Shown in pieces: positions 9,240-19,531 of a stretch of DNA of 64,000 nucleotides. The stretch covers positions 4,305-68,304 of the forward strand of contig CAZSTB010000003.1 of assembly GCA_964609855.1 (NCBI GenBank), read 5' to 3'. Source of the DNA: an uncultured Bdellovibrionales bacterium. GTDB lineage: Bacteria; Patescibacteriota; Minisyncoccia; Moranbacterales; GWC2-37-73. Both the position numbers and the translations under genes were made by a program. The notes below the pieces were generated by a model, which searched no databases, was not told the DNA's origin, and saw only the letters and a list, made by a program, of their open reading frames with translations. Each line of letters starts with the position of its first letter. Within the stretch, counting starts at the first letter, position 1.

Positions 9240-9776
9240 TTACTTGGATGATTTCTTACCCTCCTTACGGCGAACATGTTCACCAACGTATTTAAATCCT
9301 TTTCCTTTATAGGGTTCAACTGGTTTCAATGCGCGTATATTTGCAGAAAACTGTCCCACTTTGTGTTTATCAATTCCAGCTACTGTCATTGTATTTCCTT
9401 CAATTGTAACTTCTAGATCCTGAGGAACTTCAACTACAACCGGATGTGAGAATCCCAATGCAAGAGTAATTGTCTTACCTGCAATTGCCATACGAAAACC
9501 AACTCCGTTAAGCTCAAGTTGTTTCTTAAAACCATTCACTGTTCCTTCAATCATGTTTTCAATCACGCGAGCAGTCGTTCCCCAAATAGCAGGAGCGGTT
9601 TTGCTTTTGCTGATTTTTTCTACAGTAAATTCATTTTCACCGAAATTAAGAGAAACATCTACATGATGTGCGAAAGTTAACGTTCCCTTAGGTCCCTTAA
9701 CGGTAACGATATTCTTATCGACTGTTACGTCCACTCCCTGAGGGATAGCTACTGGTTTTTTTCCAATTCTACTCAT
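9240..9776 (-). CDS. rplF: 50S ribosomal protein L6
   Basis: MSRIGKKP ... two L6 repeats; operon position. Confidence 0.9.
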   Translation of the reverse strand: MSRIGKKPVAIPQGVDVTVDKNIVTVKGPKGTLTFAHHVDVSLNFGENEFTVEKISKSKTAPAIWGTTARVIENMIEGTVNGFKKQLELNGVGFRMAIAGKTITLALGFSHPVVVEVPQDLEVTIEGNTMTVAGIDKHKVGQFSANIRALKPVEPYKGKGFKYVGEHVRRKEGKKSSK

Positions 9777-9858
9777 ATTTCATTTAAGCATTTAAACATT
9801 TAAACATTTAAACATTTCTGTTTGTAAGTTTGTATGTTTACATGATCTTTTTGATTTA

Positions 9859-10263
9859 TTACCAAACTTCACAAATTACTTCTCCTCCAAGACCAGCCTT
9901 TTGAGCTTTGTCTCCAGTCATCATCCCCTTGGATGTAGATACGATTGAAATTCCGTAACCATTTTTCACGCGCTTGATGTCAGTCTTTTTGACGTAAATT
10001 CTCTGTCCCTGACGACTTACACGCTTGATTTCTCTGATTGCAGGATTCTTTTCAGTATTTGAAACTACTTCGTATTTTAAAACAATTTTAAGCACAGGAA
10101 AAGCCCCATCCATTTCTTTGCGAACTGACTCGATAAAATTTCGCTGTTCTAAAATTTTAGCAATAGACAGTTTCAACTTCGAAAAAGGTACTGACACTTC
10201 CTTGTGTTTTACCATCTGCGCATTTCGAATTCTTGTAAGCATGTCTGCTATTGGATCTAACAT
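9859..10263 (-). CDS. rpsH: 30S ribosomal protein S8
   Basis: MLDPIADMLTRIRNA N-terminus. Confidence 0.9.
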   Translation of the reverse strand: MLDPIADMLTRIRNAQMVKHKEVSVPFSKLKLSIAKILEQRNFIESVRKEMDGAFPVLKIVLKYEVVSNTEKNPAIREIKRVSRQGQRIYVKKTDIKRVKNGYGISIVSTSKGMMTGDKAQKAGLGGEVICEVW

Positions 10264-10314
10264 ATTCTAATTCTTTATCCTAATTATATTATATAAAATT
10301 CAAACCCCTATTCC

Positions 10315-10500
10315 TTACCAACTGCTCTTTGTTACTCCTGGCAATTCGCCTTTACTTGCTAATTCTCTAAAGCAAATTCTGCAAATATCGTAGGCGCGAA
10401 GGTATCCATGCTTACGTCCACATCGCCAACAACGACGAACGATACGGGTGGAAAATTTAGGTTTTTTTTCAGCTCGGGCTTCGGTAGATGTTTTTGCCAT
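10315..10500 (-). CDS. rpsZ: 30S ribosomal protein S14 type Z (zinc-binding)
   Basis: 61 aa, [23 protein letters not shown] with CxxC...CxxC. Confidence 0.85.
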   Translation of the reverse strand: MAKTSTEARAEKKPKFSTRIVRRCWRCGRKHGYLRAYDICRICFRELASKGELPGVTKSSW

Positions 10501-10573
10501 AATATTAACTCATTACTTACAACTTATAACTTATAAACAGTTGTTAGTTAAGTTATTAGTTACTTGTTATTTT

Positions 10574-11131
10574 TTATTCGCTTTTTAGCGGAAATCCTAA
10601 TAATTTAAATAATTCCAAACCTTCATTTTGCGTCGTTCCATTCGTAGAAATCGTAATCTGCATTCCGAATGTGTGACGAACTTTTTCTGGCATGATTTCG
10701 GGGAAAATGAGATGTTCTTTAAGTCCGATATTCAAGTTTCCAGCTGAGTCTACTGCTTTACGATTAATTCCTTGAAAATCTCTAGTTCGCGGAAGCGTTG
10801 CAGCTACAACTCTGTCGATAAACTGCCACATCCGAACACCTCTAAGGGTAACTTTCACACCAACTTCCATTCCTTCGCGAATCTTAAATCCAGCAATAGC
10901 TTTTTTAGCTTTAGTCTTAACCGGCTTCTGTCCAGTAATTGCTGTCAAAGACTGCATGATCTCTTCGATCTTGTCATTCTCCTTCACGATTTTGCCGATA
11001 CCAACATTAACCACAACTTTCTGAATGCGAGGCACAGCCATCACGCTCTTGTAGTTGAATTTCTCTTGCATTGCAGCTACCGCAACTTTATTGTATTTAT
11101 CTTTTGCTGGAGTGATATTCATACGATTCAA
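10574..11131 (-). CDS. rplE: 50S ribosomal protein L5
   Basis: L5 signature and operon position. Confidence 0.9.
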   Translation of the reverse strand: MNRMNITPAKDKYNKVAVAAMQEKFNYKSVMAVPRIQKVVVNVGIGKIVKENDKIEEIMQSLTAITGQKPVKTKAKKAIAGFKIREGMEVGVKVTLRGVRMWQFIDRVVAATLPRTRDFQGINRKAVDSAGNLNIGLKEHLIFPEIMPEKVRHTFGMQITISTNGTTQNEGLELFKLLGFPLKSE

Positions 11132-11162
11132 TTAAAACAATAGTAAATTTATTTGCCCTAGT

Positions 11163-11468
11163 TTACAGCTCTTTGTTACATTTTTTACATACGCGAACTT
11201 TCTTGTCTGCAACAAATGAATACGCAATTCTTGTAGTTTTTCCGCAAGAGCTGCAGATAATCATCGCATTCGATGCATCAAACGGAGCAGCAATCTCTAC
11301 GCGTTGTCCGCGTTCACCTTGTCTGCGAGCTTTTTGATGTTTCTTAACGATATTCATTTCTTCGACAACGATTTTTCCCTCGCTAGGAACTGTTCTAAGA
11401 ACCTTTCCTTGCTTGCCCTTGTCTTTTCCTGCAATTTTTTTAACGAGGTCGCCTTTTTTGATTCTCAT
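11163..11468 (-). CDS. rplX: 50S ribosomal protein L24 with C-terminal Cys4 zinc-ribbon-like tail
   Basis: KOW motif KKGDLVKKIAGKDKGKQGKV; C-terminus CSSCGK...CKKCNKE. Confidence 0.85.
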   Translation of the reverse strand: MRIKKGDLVKKIAGKDKGKQGKVLRTVPSEGKIVVEEMNIVKKHQKARRQGERGQRVEIAAPFDASNAMIICSSCGKTTRIAYSFVADKKVRVCKKCNKEL

Positions 11469-11505
11469 ATATCTAAATTTAATCCAAATTACTTAGTAAA
11501 AATTT

Positions 11506-11871
11506 TTACAATACTTCCGGTGCCAAAGAAACAATCTTTGAAAATCCTTTTTCGCGAAGTTCGCGAGCAACTGGTCCAAAAATACGAGTTCCTTTAGGTT
11601 CTTTTTCATTAACAATCACAGCGGCATTTTCATCAAAACGTATGTATGATCCATCCTTTCTGCGCAAAGACTTTTTCTGACGAACAACAACTGCTCGTAC
11701 TTTGTCTCCCTTTTTCACAAGTCCGCGAGGTTCGGCAGATTTAACACTGCAAACAATAATATCTCCGACTGAAGCATAGCGTCTGCGAGATCCTCCGAGC
11801 ACTTTGAAACATTCAATAACCTTTGCTCCTGAATTATCTGCTGCCTTTAATTTTGTTTCTGCCTGAATCAT
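11506..11871 (-). CDS. rplN: 50S ribosomal protein L14
   Basis: [18 protein letters not shown]-terminus. Confidence 0.9.
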   Translation of the reverse strand: MIQAETKLKAADNSGAKVIECFKVLGGSRRRYASVGDIIVCSVKSAEPRGLVKKGDKVRAVVVRQKKSLRRKDGSYIRFDENAAVIVNEKEPKGTRIFGPVARELREKGFSKIVSLAPEVL

Positions 11872-11987
11872 ATACGTGGTTTCTTAGTTGATTAGTTTCT
11901 TAGTTGATTAGTTTTCAGTTGAGTCCAATATAACTACGCAACTAATTAACTATTTAACTTACTATAATACGGTAATTTTATGGGTTA

Positions 11988-12230
11988 TTAGGCTACTACT
12001 ATATGGCTCTTGTCCTTACTGATAGGTTTACATTGAGTAAATTCAACTTTGTCTCCTTTTTTGAATTTATTTTCCTCATCATGAACCTTGTAATTCTTGG
12101 TTGAGCGATATTTCTTTAGATATTTCGGATGTGTCTTAAGTGTTTGTACTGCAACAACAATTGTCTTATTCATTGCGTCACTTACAACAATTCCCTTCTT
12201 CTTTGCTAATTTTTTAGTAATGTTCGTCAT
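11988..12230 (-). CDS. rpsQ: 30S ribosomal protein S17
   Basis: GIVVSDAMNKTIVVAV ... KYLKKYRSTKNYKVHDE. Confidence 0.8.
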   Translation of the reverse strand: MTNITKKLAKKKGIVVSDAMNKTIVVAVQTLKTHPKYLKKYRSTKNYKVHDEENKFKKGDKVEFTQCKPISKDKSHIVVA

Positions 12231-12276
12231 ACTAATGATATGCGATGTAATTTAATAAATGAGTCCGATGATATTT

Positions 12277-12465
12277 CTATACTGCGCGCTCAGTCAAGAT
12301 TGTCGCAATTCTAGCAATGTCAGTTTTGATAGCGCGGTACTGCCGATGATTCTTCAGCTGACGAGCAGCGATATCAAATCTAAGCTTTACTGCCTGAGCT
12401 TGCTTTTCAGCAATTAGCTTTTTCAGCTGCTCAACGTTCATATCTCTAATTTCCTGAATTTTCAT
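12277..12465 (-). CDS. rpmC: 50S ribosomal protein L29
   Basis: 62 aa helical, KIQEIRDMNVEQLKKLIAE. Confidence 0.8.
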   Translation of the reverse strand: MKIQEIRDMNVEQLKKLIAEKQAQAVKLRFDIAARQLKNHRQYRAIKTDIARIATILTERAV

Positions 12466-12560
12466 AAATTTAACTTATAACTTACAACTGACTACTCTCA
12501 CAAAATGCTCATGCATGTATTCTTGTTGTTTGTTGTTAGTTGTTAGTAATTAGTTGAATG

Positions 12561-12977
12561 CTATTTTTCTTCTTTAACGATGAATTTGGTTTTCACATTG
12601 AGTTTATGAGAAGCAAGTCTCATAGCTTCTTTTGCGATCGGCTCAGTAACTCCACCCATTTCAAACAAAACTCTTCCTTGTTTGGTTTTCGCTACGAAAT
12701 GGTCGACGCTACCTTTACCTTTACCCATGGGAGTTTCATCACCTTTCTTAGTCATCGGTTTATCTGGAAAAATTCTAATCCAAATCTTACCACCGCGCTT
12801 TACATATCGAGTCATCGCACGACGTGCAGCTTCGATCTGACGAGCAGAAATAAGTCCAGAAGTTGTAGCTTTAAGTCCAAAACTTCCAAAACTAACAGTG
12901 TTTCCCTTGGTTGCAACTCCACGGATTTCTCCGCCTCGGTGAATCTTTCTGTGTTTAACTTTTTTTGGCATCAACAT
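12561..12977 (-). CDS. rplP: 50S ribosomal protein L16
   Basis: [17 protein letters not shown]-terminus. Confidence 0.9.
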   Translation of the reverse strand: MLMPKKVKHRKIHRGGEIRGVATKGNTVSFGSFGLKATTSGLISARQIEAARRAMTRYVKRGGKIWIRIFPDKPMTKKGDETPMGKGKGSVDHFVAKTKQGRVLFEMGGVTEPIAKEAMRLASHKLNVKTKFIVKEEK

Positions 12978-13045
12978 ATGCGTGTATTTTCTAAAATCAA
13001 ATTTACGCTTATCGCTAGTTATCTATATTTAGTGCTGTTCAGGAA

Positions 13046-13699
13046 TTAAAGACTTTTGTCTTCAAAAACTTCTCCTTTGTAAAGCCATGTCTTGACACCA
13101 ATTGCTCCATAGGTTGTAAAAGCGGTTGCTTTTGCAAAATCTATATCAGCGCGCAAAGTGTGAAGTGGAACTGTTCCTCTTGAAAGCCATTCCCTACGAG
13201 ACATTTCTGCTCCGCCCAAACGACCTGAAACTTCTATTTTAACACCCTTGATATTCCTATTCTTTTCAACTTGGTCAAGCATTGATTTGAGAATTCTTCG
13301 AAATGGTACACGCTTCTCAAGTTGTTCAGCAACATTTTGAGCTACAAGTGATGCATTTTCTTCGAATTGTCTCACTTCTTGTGCTTCAATACGTAAATCA
13401 ATCTTTTTTCCTGCGAAAAATTTCTTCTTGATTACAGTACTCATATCACCAATACCCGTTCCACCTCTTCCGATCAATACTCCCGGACGTGATGTTTTGA
13501 TGATCAATTTCAGCGTATTTGCGCTTCTTTCAATTTCAACATCAGCAATCGCTGCAGATTTCCATTTCTTCATTATGAATTCGCGAACCTGGATATCTTC
13601 TTTGAGTTTAATTGTGTAATCTTTACCTGCAAACCACCTTGATTTCCAAGTTGTTGTGATTCCCAAGCGCAGTCCTGTTGGATTGACTTTATGTCCCAT
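13046..13699 (-). CDS. rpsC: 30S ribosomal protein S3
   Basis: MGHKVNPTGLRLGI and KH domain. Confidence 0.9.
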   Translation of the reverse strand: MGHKVNPTGLRLGITTTWKSRWFAGKDYTIKLKEDIQVREFIMKKWKSAAIADVEIERSANTLKLIIKTSRPGVLIGRGGTGIGDMSTVIKKKFFAGKKIDLRIEAQEVRQFEENASLVAQNVAEQLEKRVPFRRILKSMLDQVEKNRNIKGVKIEVSGRLGGAEMSRREWLSRGTVPLHTLRADIDFAKATAFTTYGAIGVKTWLYKGEVFEDKSL

Positions 13700-13777
13700 A
13701 ATATTTACTTATCACTTATTACTTACCACTTACAACTTTTTTGTTATAAGTTGTGAGTTATTTGTTGTTAGTTATAT

Positions 13778-14350
13778 TTATGCTCCTGATTTTCTTTGAA
13801 AAACTTTCTTCAAAAATCCATCATCCTGTCCTTTTTTAGCAGTATCTTTTTTCTTTGAAGTTTTCGCAATCACTGATTTCTCAACAGCAGCTTCCTCAGT
13901 CTTTCCTTCTTCTTTTTCAAATTCAGCCATCTGCTCTTTCATCAATTTGGTTCTTGCAGCTTCACGTTCAGCCTTCTCTTTTTCTAATTCTTCTTTTGAA
14001 CGCTTATTCTTTCCTTCAATTCGTTCTTCAAGTTCCAATTTGATATGAGAAGTTCTTTTCAAAAGCAATGTTGCTCTTCCGTGTGCCCTTGGAAGCCATC
14101 TTTTCAACTTCGCTCCCTCACCAACAAGAATGCTGCTTACAAACATATTGTCCTTGTCCAAACCGAAATTATTTTCAGCATTTGCAAGAGCACTGTTTAG
14201 CAGTTTTTCCATTGGCTCGCTAGTCTTCTTTACAACATGTTGCAATTGAACAAGCGCAGCGCTTGCATTCATGCCAACAATACTATCAGTAACGAGACGC
14301 ACTTTACGTGGAGATGTTCTTAAATTTTTGAGTGATGCTATTACTTTCAT
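13778..14350 (-). CDS. rplV: 50S ribosomal protein L22 with ~80-aa K/E-rich C-terminal extension
   Basis: L22 core up to about residue 110, then a low-complexity charged tail. Confidence 0.85.
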   Translation of the reverse strand: MKVIASLKNLRTSPRKVRLVTDSIVGMNASAALVQLQHVVKKTSEPMEKLLNSALANAENNFGLDKDNMFVSSILVGEGAKLKRWLPRAHGRATLLLKRTSHIKLELEERIEGKNKRSKEELEKEKAEREAARTKLMKEQMAEFEKEEGKTEEAAVEKSVIAKTSKKKDTAKKGQDDGFLKKVFQRKSGA

Positions 14351-14376
14351 ATAATATGCTCTAAATAAATCTTAAC

Positions 14377-14718
14377 TTATTTTTTCTTTCCTCCTCCGTC
14401 AGCTTTTGCTGCCTTAGCTGCATCTTGCTGTTTCTGCTTAGCTGCTTGTTCTATTTCTTTCTGCATCTTTCCTCCATGTCTGTTGAATTTACGTGTCGGT
14501 GCAAATTCTCCAAGTCTGTGTCCTACCATTTCTTCAGTCACATATACTGAAGTATGCTCTCTTCCATTATGCACTCCGAAAGTAAAACCAATCATTTCAG
14601 GAGCAATTGTGCATGCGCGTGACCAAGTCTTGATAGTTCCTTCTTCTGGTTTTGCGTTAAGCACTTTCTTCATTACACGAGGATCAACATATGGTCCTTT
14701 TTTTAAACTTCGTGACAT
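14377..14718 (-). CDS. rpsS: 30S ribosomal protein S19 (K/A-rich C-terminal tail)
   Basis: [12 protein letters not shown] ... [11 protein letters not shown]. Confidence 0.9.
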   Translation of the reverse strand: MSRSLKKGPYVDPRVMKKVLNAKPEEGTIKTWSRACTIAPEMIGFTFGVHNGREHTSVYVTEEMVGHRLGEFAPTRKFNRHGGKMQKEIEQAAKQKQQDAAKAAKADGGGKKK

Positions 14719-14781
14719 AATTTTAATTCTTTAGTTCATTAGTCAAAAGTGGAAACAATTGACCATTTTAACTAGTTATTA

Positions 14782-15612
14782 CTATTTCTTAATTCTTCGT
14801 TTTACAATAAATTTATCGCTGTATCTATTCTTCTTTCTTGTCTTCTTTCCAAGAGCAGGCTTACCCCAAGGTGTCTTAGGATGTTTAAGTCCAATACCTT
14901 GACGTCCTTCTCCTCCTCCGTGTGGATGATCAACAGGATTCATAGCAGATCCGCGAACTTCCGGTCTCTTTCCCTTCCATCTGTTTCGTCCAGCCTTTCC
15001 AAGTTTTTCGCTGCTATGTTCGAAGTTACTTACTCTTCCGATAGTTGCGTGACATTCTTTATTTACCAAGCGAATTTCTCCAGAAGACATTTTCAGTTGA
15101 GCCATTTTTCCATCGATAGCCATCAATGTTGCTCCTGAACCAGCACTTCTAGTGATTTGTCCACCTTTTCCAGCAATCAATTCAATATTTGAAATAATAG
15201 TACCTGATGGAATGTTTTTAACAGCTGTACGATTTCCTTTCTTGATTGGCGCATTTTCACCACTCATGATTTCCATTTCAGCTTTCATTCCTTCAGTTGC
15301 AAGCACATAGCGCTTTTCACCATCAGCATAACAAACCAATGCAATAAGAGAACTTCGGTTTGGATCCTTTTCGATTGCAATAATCTTTCCAGGAATATCA
15401 AACTTCTGCTGCTTGAAATCCACCAAGCGATAACGTCTCTTGTGACCACCACCTTGGTGACGAGTAGAGATTTTACCGTGTGATCTTCCACCTTTTTGAG
15501 TCATTGGCGCAAGAAGTGATTTCTCAGGTTTCTTGTCGGTCAAATTATCAGGCTTCACAATCGACATATTGCGACGTCCAGCGGTATTCTTTTTGTATAC
15601 TTTAATTGCCAT
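14782..15612 (-). CDS. rplB: 50S ribosomal protein L2
   Basis: MAIKVYKKNTAGRR ... GGGEGRQ motif. Confidence 0.9.
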   Translation of the reverse strand: MAIKVYKKNTAGRRNMSIVKPDNLTDKKPEKSLLAPMTQKGGRSHGKISTRHQGGGHKRRYRLVDFKQQKFDIPGKIIAIEKDPNRSSLIALVCYADGEKRYVLATEGMKAEMEIMSGENAPIKKGNRTAVKNIPSGTIISNIELIAGKGGQITRSAGSGATLMAIDGKMAQLKMSSGEIRLVNKECHATIGRVSNFEHSSEKLGKAGRNRWKGKRPEVRGSAMNPVDHPHGGGEGRQGIGLKHPKTPWGKPALGKKTRKKNRYSDKFIVKRRIKK

Positions 15613-15668
15613 ATCTTTCGCTCGCTAAATTTAAAACTTAAAATTTCAAATTTGAAATTAATTTATGC

Positions 15669-16082
15669 TTATACTCCTTGGAAAAATTCAATCTTATCTC
15701 CTTGTTTCAAGGTCACAGTAGCTTTCTTAAAGCCTGACTTTGTTCCAACATGTCTACCGTAGGCACGTTTTTTAGCTTTAATATTAACTACAGTAACTTT
15801 TTCAACTTTTACACCGTAGATTCCTTCAATCGCTTTTTTAGCTTCCAGCTTAGTAGCGCTGCGGATAACCTTAAAGGTATATTTATTGTCAGCAATTGCA
15901 GCATGAGTCTTTTCAGTAATCCATGGCTCCACCAACACTCGGTATGCAATGTCTGCATTCTTTGTGATTGTAGTTGCCTCCTTCTTGGTAGCCACTGACT
16001 TTTTTACGGTCTTTTTTGGTGTAGCTTTTACTGAAGACACCTTTTCAATTTTTTCTTCTGTCGCTGCCATATCTATAATCAA
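15669..16082 (-). CDS. rplW: 50S ribosomal protein L23 with K-rich N-terminal extension
   Basis: L23 core YRVLVEPWITEK ... ; ~40-aa lysine-rich N-terminal extension. Confidence 0.8.
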   Translation of the reverse strand: MIIDMAATEEKIEKVSSVKATPKKTVKKSVATKKEATTITKNADIAYRVLVEPWITEKTHAAIADNKYTFKVIRSATKLEAKKAIEGIYGVKVEKVTVVNIKAKKRAYGRHVGTKSGFKKATVTLKQGDKIEFFQGV

Positions 16083-16123
16083 ATAAGTTATTATTTTCTA
16101 ATGGATGATAAATAAATTTATCA

Positions 16124-16759
16124 TTATTTTTGCTCTGCAAACTTTTCTTCCAAATAAGCTATCGCTTGTTTAGAAAGAAGCAAATATTTGTTGTTAAGCA
16201 AATCCATAACATTCAAATCTTTCGCATAAGTATTCAGAACGCTTGGGATGTTTCGGCTGATCAATGATGACTCTCTTTCTTCTTCAGTGAAGGCCACCAA
16301 AACTTTTCCACCAAGGTTCAATTTCTTCAAAACGCTAGCAAATGCTTTTGTCTTAGCTTCCTTAACTACCAAAGTGTCCAAAGCAATCAATGTTCCAGCT
16401 CTAAGTTTTTCACTTAGAGCGATAACAACCGCTTTTTGCTTCATCTTCTTATTTAAATCTCTCTTGTAGTTTCTTTCATTAGTTGGTCCGAAAGCAACAC
16501 CTCCACCTCGCATCACAGGATTTCTTTTCTGTCCTTGTCGAGCAGAACCGGTTCCCTTTTGCTTGAATGGTTTCTTTCCAGATCCAGCAACTTCGCTCTT
16601 ATCTTTCGTATGAGCAATCGGGTTACGCTGATTTCCAGCCATCACCATGAATACTTGGTGCAGGAGTTCGTTATTTGCTTTTGCAGCAAACACGCTATCT
16701 GAAACAGACAGATCCTCAATTTTTTTTCCTTCTTGATTGTGAACAGCAATTGTAGCCAT
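16124..16759 (-). CDS. rplD: 50S ribosomal protein L4
   Basis: KQKGTGSARQG motif. Confidence 0.85.
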   Translation of the reverse strand: MATIAVHNQEGKKIEDLSVSDSVFAAKANNELLHQVFMVMAGNQRNPIAHTKDKSEVAGSGKKPFKQKGTGSARQGQKRNPVMRGGGVAFGPTNERNYKRDLNKKMKQKAVVIALSEKLRAGTLIALDTLVVKEAKTKAFASVLKKLNLGGKVLVAFTEEERESSLISRNIPSVLNTYAKDLNVMDLLNNKYLLLSKQAIAYLEEKFAEQK

Positions 16760-16815
16760 AATATTCGCTCCGCTAAATTTTAAATTTCAAACTTTAAATT
16801 TCTTATTGAAATCAA

Positions 16816-17376
16816 TTATCCTCTGATCTCAACGATTCTTCCAACCACACCAGGCACAGCGCCCAATACTGCAAGAATATTTTTTTCCATATCAACATAT
16901 ACCACTTTCACATTTTTCATTGTAGATCTCTTTCCACCCATTCTTCCAGCCATACGCTTTCCCTTGATAACATGTTGTGGTTGCTGAGCTCCAATTGAAC
17001 CTGGCGCTCTAAGATCATGCTTGTGTCCATGAGTCGCAGGAGAACCTTTGAAACCATGGCGCTTAACTACACCTTGGAAACCTTTAGCCTTCGCAATTCC
17101 ACTAACATTAACTTCGTCGCCGATTACAAATGTTTCAATTGTAATTTCTTGACCAACTTCAGCTGTTGCTGGCTCTTCCAAGCGAAATTCTTTACGATGA
17201 GTAACTTTCTTAGTCTTTGCAATTTCCAATTGAACTGCATTGTAACCATCTTTTTCCAAAGATCGTACAACAGAAACTTTGTTTGGGTTACATTCGATTA
17301 GAGTTACGTTAAGTGCACCTTGCTCCTTATCGTAAAGCGTTGTCATTCCTAATTTTGTTCCTAAAATGTATTTCAT
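16816..17376 (-). CDS. rplC: 50S ribosomal protein L3
   Basis: MKYILGTKLGMTTLYD start at internal ATG (~17376); the ORF track extends to a TTG at 17403. Confidence 0.85.
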   Translation of the reverse strand: MKYILGTKLGMTTLYDKEQGALNVTLIECNPNKVSVVRSLEKDGYNAVQLEIAKTKKVTHRKEFRLEEPATAEVGQEITIETFVIGDEVNVSGIAKAKGFQGVVKRHGFKGSPATHGHKHDLRAPGSIGAQQPQHVIKGKRMAGRMGGKRSTMKNVKVVYVDMEKNILAVLGAVPGVVGRIVEIRG

Positions 17377-17401
17377 ATCTGTAATTATTGCTAATTGTAA
17401 C

Positions 17402-17425
17402 AAAAAAAACTGGCTTCTCAGCCAG
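17402..17425 (-). terminator. intrinsic terminator / attenuator hairpin (CTGGCTGAGAAGCCAG + U8) directly upstream of rplC
   Basis: inverted repeat 17410-17425 with A8 run 17402-17409 on the plus strand, which is a U8 tract on the minus-strand transcript. Confidence 0.6.
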
Positions 17426-17615
17426 CATAGCCCAGGGGATTCCTGAACTTAGCTAATTGAGTATCCCAAAGGGACTTTAACTAGTTTTTTTCGTTTTTTC
17501 TAACTTATATATACTATACTACTTTCGAAAATAATGCAAGCCCCCTTGACTCTAACTGTGCATAAGTCTTCATCGGGCTAAATTCAGACTTTTTTCGCTT
17601 AAATAAAGCGTAGAT

Positions 17616-18005
17616 TTACATCTTTATTTCAACATCAACTCCTGCTGGAAGATCTAGACTTGTAAGGTTTTCAATCGTTTTTGCAGTTGGGTCCCAGATA
17701 TCAATAAGACGTTTGTGAATTCTCATTTCATACTGGTCACGAGCATCCTTGTAAACAAATGTCGATTTGTTAACGGTAACTTTGTGAATTTCAGTTGGAA
17801 GTGGAACTGGACCGGTAAATCTTGATCCGCTTCGTTCAACTGTTTCCACGATTTTGCGAGCAGACTGGTCTATAACCTTGTTGTCATACGCTTTAATCTT
17901 GATTCTGATTCGTGTGGATGATTGTGCTGTGTCTGTTTTTTTCGCTGCCATCGTGGTCATTGATAAATAAATATTTAATTCTTTTGCGGTGCTCGTCACT
18001 GCCAT
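17616..18005 (-). CDS. rpsJ: 30S ribosomal protein S10
   Basis: IRIKIKAYD ... ; the likely start is MAAKK or an internal M. Confidence 0.9.
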   Translation of the reverse strand: MAVTSTAKELNIYLSMTTMAAKKTDTAQSSTRIRIKIKAYDNKVIDQSARKIVETVERSGSRFTGPVPLPTEIHKVTVNKSTFVYKDARDQYEMRIHKRLIDIWDPTAKTIENLTSLDLPAGVDVEIKM

Positions 18006-18061
18006 AAGGCGGTTTCATACAAGCAAGGCAAGTGTATATATTAAACTTCTAGTGAACACAT

Positions 18062-18092
18062 GCAGACATATGGGAAAATCCTATATGTCTGC
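18062..18092 (-). terminator. possible tuf terminator hairpin (10-bp stem GCAGACATAT/ATATGTCTGC)
   Basis: perfect 10-bp inverted repeat just downstream of the tuf stop; only a weak U-tract follows. Confidence 0.35.
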
Positions 18093-18108
18093 TTAGTCTA
18101 CTCGAAGA

Positions 18109-19302
18109 TTATTTGATAACCTTTGTCGCAACACCGGCTCCTACAGTCTTGCCACCTTCGCGAATTGCGAAGCGCATTCCTTCAGCCATAGCTACTGGTG
18201 CGATCAATTTGATTGTAAGGTTGATTGTGTCTCCAGGCATAACCATCTCAGTTCCTTCTGGAAGTATTACTTCTCCAGTCACATCAGTTGTTCGGATGTA
18301 GAATTGAGGTTTGTATCCTTTGAAGAATGGAGTATGACGTCCGCCTTCTTCTTTGGTCAAAATGTAAATTTCTCCTTCGAATTCAGTATGAGGTGTGATT
18401 GAACCAGTCTTAGCAAGAACTTGTCCGCGTTCAACATCTTCTTTCTTGATTCCGCGAATCAAAAGTCCAGCATTGTCTCCAGCCTGTCCTTTGTCCAATG
18501 ATTTGTTGAACATTTCGATTCCAGTAACCACAGTTTTAGCTGTTGGGCGAAGACCGACGATTTCAACTTCTTCATTGATGTTGATTTGTCCGCTTTCGAT
18601 TCTTCCTGTTACCACTGTTCCGCGACCTTCAATTGAGAAGATGTCTTCGATTGGCATTAGGAAAGGTTTTTCAGTCTCACGAACAGGTTCTGGGATTTGA
18701 GCATCCAAAGCAGCCATAAGTTCGTAGATTGGTTGAACACTTGCATCATCAACTGTCGTAGATTCAAGAGCTTTTGTAGCAGATCCCTTAATAACAGCTG
18801 CATTGTCTCCATCGAATTCATATTTTGAAAGAAGTTCACGAACTTCAGCCTCAACCAATTCAACCAATTCAGCGTCATCAACCATGTCAACCTTGTTGAT
18901 GAAAACAACGATTGCAGGAACACCAATTTGTTTTGCAAGCAAGATGTGTTCTCTTGTCTGAGGCATAGGACCATCAGTAGCAGAAACTACCAAGATTGCT
19001 CCATCCATCTGAGCAGCACCAGTAATCATGTTCTTGATGTAGTCAGCATGACCTGGACAGTCAACATGAGCGTAGTGACGAATGTCAGATTCATATTCAC
19101 AATGAGAAGTTGCGATTGTAATTCCGCGTTCTCTTTCTTCTGGAGCGTTGTCGATTTCACCAACTCCTCTTTCTTTTGCGAATCCCTTCAAAGCTTGACC
19201 ATGAAGAATAGCCGCGGTCAAAGTAGTTTTGCCGTGGTCAACGTGTCCAATTGTTCCCACATTCACATGTGGCTTTGTGCGCTCAAATTTTGCTACTGCC
19301 AT
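18109..19302 (-). CDS. tuf: elongation factor Tu
   Basis: [22 protein letters not shown] motifs; 397 aa. Confidence 0.95.
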   Translation of the reverse strand: MAVAKFERTKPHVNVGTIGHVDHGKTTLTAAILHGQALKGFAKERGVGEIDNAPEERERGITIATSHCEYESDIRHYAHVDCPGHADYIKNMITGAAQMDGAILVVSATDGPMPQTREHILLAKQIGVPAIVVFINKVDMVDDAELVELVEAEVRELLSKYEFDGDNAAVIKGSATKALESTTVDDASVQPIYELMAALDAQIPEPVRETEKPFLMPIEDIFSIEGRGTVVTGRIESGQININEEVEIVGLRPTAKTVVTGIEMFNKSLDKGQAGDNAGLLIRGIKKEDVERGQVLAKTGSITPHTEFEGEIYILTKEEGGRHTPFFKGYKPQFYIRTTDVTGEVILPEGTEMVMPGDTINLTIKLIAPVAMAEGMRFAIREGGKTVGAGVATKVIK

Positions 19303-19531
19303 ACAATTTTTTATATAAGTTAATTAGTTTTTTACGTTTGTAACGTGTAAGATTTAGTATATACGTTTTCGCCGAAACATGCAAATTTAAAGCAAATTTA
19401 AGCCAAAAACAATACTTGATTATTTTACACGAGTAGGAATATTTGTCAAGAGCTGCAGGGTTAGCTTTTAGGTTTTAGCTTTTAGCTTCTAGGGAATGCA
19501 GCTTTTTGGCTCAAATATCAGCTTACTTTAA

